From positions 4,825 through 68,824 of the forward strand of contig JAFGCB010000023.1 in assembly GCA_016932855.1 (NCBI GenBank): 64,000 bases of DNA, read 5' to 3'. This stretch comes from Candidatus Omnitrophota bacterium (GTDB lineage Bacteria; Omnitrophota; Gorgyraeia; Duberdicusellales; Duberdicusellaceae). Positions 32,001-44,000 of the stretch are shown piece by piece; positions within the stretch are counted from its first letter, which is position 1, and every line of letters starts with the position of its first letter. The translations under genes were made by a program, and so were the position numbers. The notes beneath the pieces were generated by a model. It searched no databases. It saw only the letters and a program-made list of their open reading frames with translations, and had not been told where the DNA came from.

Positions 32001-35000
32001 TTTGAATAATCCTGAAAACCGACTTGCCCTGCCGCTTTTTCGCCCTTTAAAGAAGACGAAATAATATTTTTCATTGGTGAACTGAAGCCGTTTCCGGATA
32101 AGGCTTTCTTTAGAATAATGGTGTAAGCTCCGGGCAAGCTTTTTCCGATTACATCAATACCACTAATATCAAAATTCAATTCTTGGGCTCTTTTGTATGC
32201 ATCATAGGGCTGATTATTTTGAAAACTGGCTCCGGCAAGAACAAAAAAACCTCCTTCTTCAATAATCTCCCAGCTATGCCTAAGACAAATTAAGAAAATT
32301 TTATCCATTTTCTGAAAAGGATAGCCGTAAACCCTATCCCAAAGGTTAGTTTTCTTAGCATGCAGACGGATAAAAAACGGCAAATTATACCAAATAGCGA
32401 CTGAACATTTATTATCTATCTCCGCTATCTGGGCTTTTATAAACTTAGCTTTTACTTTCTCTGCCTCTTTTGATGCCTGCCAGCTAATATGGCCGGAAGT
32501 TTCAGCCGGAAAATCAGCATCGAAGTTTATAACCTCATAATTATCGAATGAAAGAAGAGGCATAAAACCGCTACAGAGATTAAATACCGATGCCTTACCG
32601 GCTAGCCCCTCTTTAAAAGAAGGCATATTAAAAATAAGCTGGATATTAGCCTGCTGTTCGAATCTCTTAAGGTCTGGGTTTTTGATAAAATAATCATAAA
32701 AAGAAGCGCCTCGGCCATAATAGGTTATCGGCACTGCCCTACGTATTGCTGGAGCACCCCCGAGCAGTGTCTTCATCGGACTTGAGGCCTTCTTAGGCCT
32801 GACTATTATACATTTCTTGCCATTTGCACTATCCGGACGAATGCTAACTCTGGCATCCAGAATATCAAAATTAGGGTTCAAAGAATTAACCCCTCCTGAT
32901 TTGATCAAATGCTTACCTAAGTTATGGCATATATCCAGCTGACCAACCCCCTTAATTCCCCAGAAAAATTTTATCCGCCAAAACATAATACTACCGATGC
33001 CGAACTCCTCTGCCATTTCAACCAACTTATCAGGAAAGGAATGAAACATATAATCTAAAGGATCAACTGATTCTCTAAGAAACGACCAGATATCACCAAG
33101 GCCGTCTTTTTTTCGCAGGGACTGCCGAACCATAGCAGCGAATCCCGGCAAAGAACCTTCATTCTTCACCAACATTTCAATAAGAGTATGGTTATCGGTA
33201 TGTCCTCTAAAACATACGTCTACCTTCTTTTTGCGAGTAAAATCTAAGACGATAATCGTCCTTTGCTTTTGCCTATGAATTCTTACTGTTCGGCCAGAAT
33301 CCGCTGTTATATCCTGAACCTTAAGATTCCGATACCAGAGAATTCTTGACGCCCTCTGGATAGCCTTGATAATCTCCCTTATATCTGCATATCCGCTAGG
33401 ACTTTCAAGGAAACTCTTCTTTTTAAAAAGGCTTACAAGCTTTTTAAGAAGCCTTTGAAGCAATCCCCTAACCTCAGTAAAATAATTCAATATTTCCAAC
33501 TGCAATTCTTTCTTATTAATCGGTGAACTGCAAACGCCCTTAGAGGCTTTGCCCTTATTTATCCATTCATATGAAATAACCGGCAGCAATAAATCCTTGG
33601 CTCCTTTAGTCGCCAGCCATTGACCGCCAGGGCCAAGAGAACATATATTCCAATCTTGACCTACGGTTATGCTCTCCTTCTGTTTTCCGCCCCTTGCTAT
33701 TGTTATTGATAAAAATTTTACTTTGTAGCTGCGGCCCATCCTGTACATACCTTCAGTGCCATAGACACAGGGGATAACCACTGCGCCAAGGCCTCCCTTT
33801 TGGTTACAGGCAATGACCAATAGTTGGTCGATATTAATATTTCTGCAAACTTCGTTTATAATGTCTCGTAGTGCAACCTTCGATGCGCTCAGCTTTCTAT
33901 TATTTGTGGTTCCGTGTATTGCTATGGCAGGGCCTTCATAAAAATAGATCTTCTTTATTTTTGCTCCCCTTCCTTGGCTTTTCCATTCCACTAAAATAAA
34001 TCTGCCAAAAGGTAGATATTCGATAACACCATTTGGACGAAGATTCCCTGGACTAAGGCGTTCTACTTCATTGAGATAAAATCTAGTGGCCTTCTTTGCG
34101 TCTACAACAATAGTTGTAAGCTCGTTTCGACTAATATATTTATCCATGCTTATGCGGCCTGTTCTATTAGCTGACGTGTTTCTATTATTAAACTTTCGAT
34201 ACGCCTTATTCTTCAGCGGGGAACTGATCTCTTCCTCGGTCTTCTGCGCGCGATCCGTTGCAATCTTTACAAAACTGTTTGAATCAATTTTGTAAAGTTT
34301 AATCAGGGGCGAGCTGATTGGCTTGCCATCAACGAAATAAATAGAAGCGTCCCCTTTTTTAATAATCTCGCCGAGCTTTAATAAATCTTCTACCGAAACC
34401 GTTATGAACTTTATCTTTCCTCTTATATTTAAATTGAAAAATACTTTATCGGAACAAGATAAAATGCTGGGCTTCTCATAAAGATACCTTACCGCTTCTA
34501 TGTACCTTCTTAATTGCTTAATTTGGGACAAATACCTGTACGGACTCGTTAAGAACAGATTTCTACCCGTCTGGCCATAACACAGAGTCGACTTAACAAA
34601 GTCTCTTCGCAGCCTTTTAACCGGATAGCCGTAGCGTATGGCTATGGCTGCGTGGTTATCAAATTCGCCTCCGAAAAATATCTTACCTTCACTGGGATTT
34701 ATCAATACTGCCGTACCGGGCTCCGGAAAAGAATCATCAATAACTTTCCTTTCTTCAAGCCAATCGAATATTTTGCCTATAGAAAATTTGAAATTGGCCG
34801 GGCTTGAAGATTCTTGCCGGTCAAAGCTCTTTATCTTTCTTTTAACCTCTTTTAAAGTACGCTTCTGCCATCTCTTTACGCGATTTGTCTCTAAGTCCTC
34901 GTCGGAGAAAGCTCCGAATGTCTCTGAACACAAGACATCTTTTCCCAATACCTCTGCTGTGAATATCGCCCTTTCTTTTGTAAAGACTCCTTCAACCGTA

Positions 35001-38000
35001 ACTCTTACAAAGTTGCCCTTTTCAATGCATAATTGCAATATACCCATTGGAGTATTGGCCGGTTGCAAGACCGAAGATTGATCGATATCCGATAAATTCG
35101 TAAGAAAAATTCGAAGTTTACTCTTAGCTTCCGCCAATTCTAGTTTCTTAAAAATATAACTGAATGCCCTGCTTTCTAAGGCATGAATCATGAAAGGCGC
35201 TTTAAAAATAAAAGTTGATTGTCTAAAGGGGGCTCTTTCGTATTTCTTTGCCGGGCTTGAGGCTTTTTCCACCCGTAAAAATAATTGGCCGTTTACCGTC
35301 ATCTCCAGCGAGGAAAGCCCGTCTAAAACAAAAAGAGGCGATCTATAAAGGTCGCAAAAATAAACCCTTGCTTTCAGCTGGTTCTCTAACTTATAGGCTC
35401 TTAGTATATAACCTTTGTTATATACCTCTTCGCGCATGGCAAATAAAAAATCTCTTATCTCGATTAGATGAGTGTTTTTGTCATCCAGGTTAGCGAGAAA
35501 ATACTCGGGCTGATCCTCGGGGAACTTGACAGCCTCGAGGGTCTTTACAAAACGCATATCGCTAGACTCTTTCTCGATGTCTTTTATCTTCTTCCAGTAT
35601 TTTTCTACAAGATCAGGATTTGCGTCTATTAAGGCCTGAGTATACAGTGCCCCCGCGATGCCCAATTCGTCTTTAAGCGTATGAATTAGCCTTTTTTCTT
35701 CGGAACTGTATAAATAATCCGGATAAGAATGTAAATCATATTCCAACGGCCAGTCAAATATCTTGAAATCAAAAGGCAATACCGGCAAAACCTCACTTGC
35801 TTCATCCCAGCCCATTTCAATAACTACCGGAAAACTGGAAGAAGTCGTCTTCTGAACTAAACGCATTCCTTCTGTTTTGATGGCTATATCGACCTTTCTA
35901 TTAAAATACAAACTTCTAAGTTTTAATATACGATGAGAAAGATAAACCCGCTGCCAGTAATCCGGGGTGTTGAACAAATTAGTAAATAAATTCAAGAAAT
36001 CCAGGATTAAGGATTTAAAATCCGCTAAAGAAATATCTTCTTTAATAAATGATTTCCTTAAACCTGGTGTTAATTCTATGGGAAACGTCTGATTAAAAGC
36101 AGAACTTACTTTATATCTCCTGAAACCCCGCCCAATCGGGCTTGACAAAGTAGGAGAAAAGAGGTCGGGGCGCGCCCCGTAAATACCGATTTCTCGGGAA
36201 ACGAGGCAAGCTGGAGCACCTGCAACCCTGCCTGGCCGGCAGGCAGGCACGTAGAGGCTACTCCGGGGAATTACGCGCCCGAACCAAATAAAGTCAAAAA
36301 TAGAGGCAGCCCTCACCAACCAAGATAAAGACTGCCTCGGGACGTGGTGAAACTTTACGTCCCTGCTTACAGGGTAAATGAAAGGAAATACATTTGAGCT
36401 TACGCCAAGCTTGGCTAGCCGGCTCCCTAAAGGTGAGGAATTCTGCCCAGCAGGAAAAATAAGTATTTGGACTCCCGGAATTAAAGACTCTCCTGCCTCC
36501 CAAAATGTGTGTTTAATACCCAAAATATATCTATCCGGGGATTGCAAGATTCTCCAATCATGAGAAAGTGAATTATAATCAGGCAGATTCTCAAATGCAT
36601 TTAAAGCAACTTTCTGTGCGATTTTGTCTTTTCCTTGAAGCTTTAAAGGATTTGGCAGAAAATCACCGATCAAAGTTTTTTCTTTTACAACAAATCGGCC
36701 AATACCTAAAAAGGTTCCACTGGCCAGCAAATCCTTGTCTCCATCAAAAGAAGCAAGTGAAACTGTATAACGGCCGGGCTTAGTCTCCTCTCTTGCCCCG
36801 TATTCACTAAAGATACGTCCTAATCTAATTCCAAGCATCGATGCTTCTTCAAGTTCCGCAAGGCAAGGCGTCACTACGGTCAACTCTTCTTGCAAGCCTT
36901 GTCTATCCCAAATTAATTTAAGCATCCTGAAGCTTTTACTCTCAGGATGTAAGGGGTCAAGCCGGGCATATTCAATAGAGGAAAACCCTCCGTCATTTCC
37001 CATGGGCCTTATCGGGCTCGAGGACTCAGAAGTTTTACCATTGAGCATAAATCTTATATACAAGACTCCGGTCTTAAAAGTATCGCCGGGATTTTTAAAG
37101 TAATCGTAAAGATAAAAATCTCCTCTTTTAATAACCTCTTTAGGGCTGTTAACCTTGGTATAGCTCTGCTCCCTTAATGCTTCTCCTAAAACCGCGCCCC
37201 AGATATGGGCCTTTTGGACAAAGCCGTCAGGTAACTCAATTCTTATTCTCTTACCTAGCTTAGCCCAATAAAATCGGAATGGATTTTTAATCAAAAATGT
37301 GTCTAGTCCGAAACATTCCAGCCCTTTGGGAAAAGAACCCCTGTTTACCATAAAAGGCAAGTTAAATAAAGTCCTCACCTTAGCTTCTTTCTTGCTGCAC
37401 TCTGAAAGCGATATGTTAGGCTTATCTTTCCTGGAGTTAGCAATTATCTCGCCGTCGTTTACAGGATAGAAAAATCCGGAGGTTACCTTCTCGGAAAGAG
37501 GGCTTGAAGAAACAGCCTCTGCCTGACTAAGATATAATTTATACTTTTCTCTGATTTCTTGTGCTTTAGGGTGTTTAGCCCAAAGCATCCTAAGACGGTT
37601 TTCTACTTCCGGATCCGAGATGTCGAAATTTTCTAACATTACACTGCGGAAATACTTGACCACTTCGGGGCATGAAAGCTTATTTATTTTCCTGGAAGCC
37701 GTGCTTATTTTTCTATCCGCTGAAGCACCTATGTGGATAAGAGCGTCTTCTAGCGAACTTGGAAAGTACCAATCTCCGGCATCGTAGTGTCCACCCTTGC
37801 CCGAAACTTCACAAAAGTTATTCATTGTAAAAGCACTAAGCACAATACCTAAATCCCAGAACGAAAGCTTAGCTTCAACTACATAGTCGATTATTGTCTT
37901 TGCCTCAGCTACAGAGAATGAGCTTCTCTGTTTTAAAAAAGATAAGGCTTTACTTGATGGTATAATAGCAGCCTGAAGGACTTTCCTGCTTTTGGTATTC

Positions 38001-41000
38001 TTATAGCTAACTCCTAACCTTTTGATTAATACGGGAAAATTAAGCAAAATTTTTGTTTCCGGGCAAATACCTTCAAATACTATATACTCTTCTGCTATTC
38101 GATAAGCAGCTAAAAATCTTCTTTTCTCTTTAAAGGCGCCTGATAGACTGCTCATTGGTGTAGTAAACAAAATCCCTAAGAATCTTAAAAACATTATTCC
38201 TAATATTTTTAATTTAGAAAAAGATGATATTTTTTCCAAATCAGCAATATTAATATGGCTGGCCTTCTCTCTTATCAGAGAATCAAAATATTTTTTTGAT
38301 GCACCCAGTTTAAAAATCCTGTTACATAAAGATACATAGCTTTGTCGCATGCTGCTCAACCAAAATGCAAATACTGAGCGCTTTATCTTAACCACAATAC
38401 CCTCGCCCTCAAGAAGCCAAGCCGAACATTCCCAGCCTTTGCCTATAAATACAAGTGGCTTTTTAGAGGTAATCTTTAAAGGCGAAGAGGTAATATCATT
38501 GGCTGAAGACAGCCGTGATAATCTTATCGCATAAGTGCGTATATTGCTATTGTCCGGGGCAAGCATGTAGGCTTGCTGTGAATACTTTATCATCGGAGCA
38601 AAAAATACAGGATCGTTTGTTAAAACTAAGGCATGAGAAAATCCTCCTGATATTCCATATAACAAGTGACCTAGAATGCGGCCCAATGCTTTTCGATCCC
38701 TGTGTATTCCAAAACCAGCATCTACTAGCACCTTCTCGTCCACAGCTGTTTCGGCATCCCCGCTTAACCCTAAAAATTTATGCACATCTTCCCTGTGAAT
38801 GCTAAAATCCAAAATCTCAATCTTTGCATTGGCCAACAGACGGCCTAAAAATACATGGGGACTACCTTTCGGATTCGCAAAGTCTATAGAGGCTAAGCTG
38901 GAGCCATTGTTATACCCAAGTCGATCTAAGAGAAAATAGCCGAATAAATGACTCATAGCGCAGTGAGATAAGAAATGTTTAGTAAGCCATTTCCCTCCTA
39001 TCTCCATACCCCTTCCAAAAAGCTTGGCATCCTCATCTTCCAAGATGTTTAATAAAATCCCTAAATTATCGGCAAAAATGCTCTTAGCTTCCGGACTCTC
39101 GTCTTCAAAATAGTCTATTCCGCATCTGTAAGTACTGGCTTCGACAACGCTTGCTATATGGCCGTCTAAGCTATAATCCATAATAAAGGAATCGATAATT
39201 CCCAAGATTAAACCTGATTCATAGATTCTTTTTTTGTATTTTTTTATAAGCTCGGCGGGATTCTGATCAACGACAATTAATTTGGTAGGGCTGCAAAGAG
39301 CCAACGATATATTACTGACTACCGGCGGGCCGTTAATGACTCCTCTTTTAACAAACCAGTTATTTAAAACTGTATGTATATTTATAAATCTTAAAATTCC
39401 CCTATTGCTGCAAAATACCGCCTGCCTTACAGGTTCTCCTTTAAGTAGGCCGGAAAATAAGCCAGGGCTCTGTAAATTCAGACTCATCTTCTTAAACACT
39501 ATATCCGGCACAGGTAAGGGAGAATTTGACTGGTAAGGAATCTCACTTATTAGAATCTCCTGCGGCTTCTGTTTAAACCGGAAATGAAAACCGCAAAATT
39601 GCACATGTTCGTCTCTTACGGCTAGAGACCTTTCTATGGGCACAATCCGGATTACCTGAACAGGGATAGATGCTGTTGGCGAAGCGGATTGACTGTTTTG
39701 GATATCTTCCAGAAGAGAAATTACTGCATTAAATTTGTCATTATAAGATTTTGCTTTCTCCCGGCTGATATTGATTAATCTAGCCCAGGCCTGTATGCCG
39801 TTTTGAACTTTTTCCTTCTCCTCTAAATCTGTGATTGATTCAATCTTTCCTAAATTAGGAATCACCTCTTCTTTAAAAGGAATATGGTCAAGACATAACA
39901 CATGCCTAATTGAAAAAATCTCTCTTGTAATATCTCTGTAATCCTTAATAATACCTCGCTCAATTAAGCTACGTAAAGTCGTTAAAGCAGTCTCTACCTG
40001 CTCTTCTAGCTGTGTAATTATTCGATCTTGCGCTGGAGAAGAAAAGGTTGGGGATTCGGATTCTAGACTACCAGAAGACCAGCGGATAACAACCTCCCGA
40101 AAAAGAGCACGCAGAGCCAGAATCGCATCACGACGACTTACGAAATTAAGGGTATTTATAGCCTCCATGAAATTCTTATTTCTGGCTTGAGATTCACTAA
40201 GTCTATCAATTATCATTAGAATACGGTCTCTGCCGGAGCCTTTAAATTTCATAAAAGAACTAACTCTGGCTGATCCCATGATGATTTCAATGGCTGCCTT
40301 AATATCATCTCTATTGCCGGGTAAATTTATCAATTCATCCCCTAGTTCGTCTATATCTTTTATCCCGGAATACTTCTGCCGATAGGCCTGTTCTCCATCC
40401 CAGGGAGCAGACGTCCGTAAATCGTAGTCCCCAAGATTCTTTTGCGGAAAAAAGAGCAACGTCTCTTTCATCGACGGTATTATTCTTCTAAAGAATTGGT
40501 CGTAATCTTCTCCCTGACTGGTTACAATTTGACCTATCCGCCCAAGCCAATTATCCCTCCATATCACTTTATCAGCTGGAGAACTGGCAACCGGGGTTAA
40601 TTGATACAAAACACCCCGCTTTGTTCCCAGCGAACAAGGCACTGAAACAAACTTACAAGAAGTAGGCAAAACTTTACCGCCCTCAATAACCCTTTGTATC
40701 ATGACATACAAGAAAGGAATCTGGTCTGAATAGAAAATTTCTCCTGTTTTCGGGTTTCTTCCTCCCATAAATTCCGGCACGCTGAAAAGAATCGTCCCCT
40801 CGGCTCTATTTTTAACCCTGGCTATTCCTTCGACAATCTTGCCGATCTTATCAGGCCGCCAGGTAGGAGGAGCTTTAGAGGAAAGCTGGGCGTTAAGTTG
40901 ACTCGGAGTTATGACATCCGTAGCAACTACATGCGTAAATGCGCCTTTAAGAGTGTTTTGAATTTCGAATCTTGAAAAATCTCCCTCAATAAGATGAAAA

Positions 41001-44000
41001 CTGCCGCCTGCCGCCGAGATAGAAGATTTAAGCTCGCTATATCTTAGCTTCAATGCTGCTATGACTTCGGGTTTTTTCTCAACGCTTACGGCATTCGCTC
41101 CGAAAAGTGCAGCGATAAAAGAAAAACCGCCAAATAAGCCGCTTCCTATATCAAGTAAAGTATCCTTGGGTTTTATTCCCATGCTCTGCACAGTGTATCT
41201 GCCTCTTTCAAAAAGAAGCCCCTCATAGAAATGGCCGCCACCGTCAAATACCAGATCTTTCTTTTGCCATTCTTTCATCCAAGCCGCACCGGAAGGGATA
41301 TGCTGCACGAATACCCGGCGTATCTCTTCTTGAGCAGCCCTGCTGAGAGGCGAAGAACTTGCACCCGAAGTGCCCCATGCCGGTTCGTCTAACCCACCCG
41401 GTCTATAAGCCCTGCCGGTAAGTTCATCGATAGCGTAACCTTGACTTATTAAATCCTGCCGGGTCTGCGTGGATACGTATCTTTCAAATGGCCTTATCTT
41501 ATCAATATTATCAATCGGCGGCGGATTCCTATAAATACGGTCATCTCTATTCCTGTAAAACTCTTTCTCTATTTCCTTAAAACTTAAAGGAATACCTGCT
41601 TTAGCTAAATCCTCTTTGGTAAAAATCGGCTCATTAACTCCTATGGCCTTAAAGCAGTTTTCGCTTTCCGGATGTAATCCGGCTAAGACCAAGGCTGCGT
41701 ACTGGGTAAGATAAAGACGCGTTTCCGGATATTGCAGGGCCAAAGACCAGTAATCAGGGGGTGAAACTCCTACACGCAGAGGCCCAAGCACTTCTCCGGC
41801 TGCCCTCCTAATTACCGCCGGATCAAACATACGCAAGATATTTAAAGGATCATCATATACAGCGGTAACGCCCCTGGATATCTCCTCCTTAACAAGATTT
41901 CTTGCCCTATTAAGGTCCTCTTCTCCGTCTGCCTCCAGAATTCCGCGCACAAAACGATTGCTGGAAACTTTTATCAGCGCTTCATCCTCGTAGAGAAACC
42001 CGTCATAGAGAAAAGTCATAGGCATTTTAATTCTGTTCTTTGACTTAGGATGCTTATTGAACCTTTCATACAAATTAGGATGCAATAAAGGATTTAATAA
42101 TATATCCCTATCCGTAAGAAGAAGACCTCTGCCTATTTTTTGTACCGGCTGGTTAAGAAGAAGCACTTCGTAGCTGCTGTTTTTGAATCTAATGCGGCCT
42201 TCTAATAAAACCTCAAAGGACCCCCCTGAGTCCGAAGTCACCTTAACGGATTCTTTGGTGTATAATAGCGGCTTTAAGGAGCGGTTAGCAAGCTCCTTAA
42301 GCAATTCATCTAATGTATCAAGGGGCATCGATAAATGCAGATTCATTCCGACTTTAATCTCGGGGAATTCCTGAACTACGACCTGTATAATATTTGCAAG
42401 ATATTTTATCGGTAAGGTATCTACGATTTGCCCGTCGCTATTCATATGTCTATTTCTATGGAAAGCATCGCCGGTAAAACTTAAGATTATAAAAACCGGC
42501 TTTTTGCCCCTGGTTTTTCGCTGTAGGTTAGTTTGCCAGATTTCAGATATATTATCTCTTGCATCATCTAATGTTTTTGCCCAGAAACCGCTTGTGCCCA
42601 TGGTCAGAAAATCCGTTTTCGTTTCCAAAATAGCCAACTTGATAAGATCTTTTAAAAGCCAAGGGTCACCGCCGGTAAGAAGAGGCGGAATTCCTGCCTC
42701 ATAAGCCCAATCCAGGGCTCCCAACAACTCAGCCTTGCTTAAAACACCTCTTCTATACAAAAATCCGAGTTGACAATGCCGGCAGGGAAGAACGCAGCGG
42801 CCGGTAAGAACTATTACAAATGGCTCAAAATTGCCGAACATTGAATCTTTAAATCTATTGTTGAGTAAACCGATTATCTTTAATCTCTTCCTATCTAACC
42901 GGCTGTCAATGAAAGAATAGACGTACTTTTCTTTGGCGACTACGCGTTCTTTTTCATGCAAGTATTCCTGCCGGTTCCAGAGCTGATAATTATGCTGGAT
43001 GAGCTTGACTAAAGGATAGACTTGGGCCGCCTCGCAACCTGCGAGATATTCGCCAGCTTGAACAAACATCTCAAACCCTTCCGCGTTATCGATAATATGC
43101 TGGCCGATATAAACAAATCTCTGAAAATCGGAATCGATTTCGGCGATAGGGATCAACCATCGTAAATGAAAAGATCCCTCAAAACTTATCGAATCGATGA
43201 ATTCCAACTGCTTAGATCTGGGGATTTCTTCCCGCAAAAAGTTTACTGCATATAATAGCAAGGCTAAATTAGTAAAGGCTGGCTCTAATAAATCATCCTG
43301 CCCAATATTATGATTGACCATATCATTGAAAATTAAAAACGCCGAAGAAAAAACCCTATTCTTTTCAGAAAGGTATTGGTCTAAAGGATCCTGAATGGGT
43401 CCGGGTAATATTTCCTTTCCGGAAGCCCCGCTTGTACTTTTTGCTTTAATAATGGGTTCTACTGTTTGACCGGACTGGTAAAGTTTAATAAGCTCTCTTA
43501 AGCCTAAAGCCTTCTCACGCGGCTTTCCCATCTGCTTTCTAAGCTCTTGCTTTTTGTGTTCCTTTCTCTGAGTTCTAAGCTTCATCTGTTTCTGGGCTCT
43601 TCTTTTTGCCGCCTGCTTATTCTTCTTCTTAGCCGGGGAGCTTAAGGCCGTATCCTGGAAAATGGAAGATAGTGAGCTTTCTGCCTTAATCATACGGGAA
43701 GTTATTATTGTCTTTCTTATAAACTTTTTTATCTCTCTTAAGCTTGTTACTGCTTCCTGATGGTTCGGTATTACTATAATATCCTGGCCGCTGTTTATAA
43801 GCCTGGCGACCATTAACATTTCTTCGCTCTCTCTTCTTAGATACAGAAGCCCAAGACTTTTCGGACCTTTATAGGGCTGTAAAAACAACCTGCCGCTTGC
43901 TTTTTCAATCTTATTTTCTATCCGCTGTGTTGAAGAATAAAAAACAAAGCAGTCTCTTCCGCCTTCGCTTTTCAGACTGACTCCTCTTATCGAAAGTATG

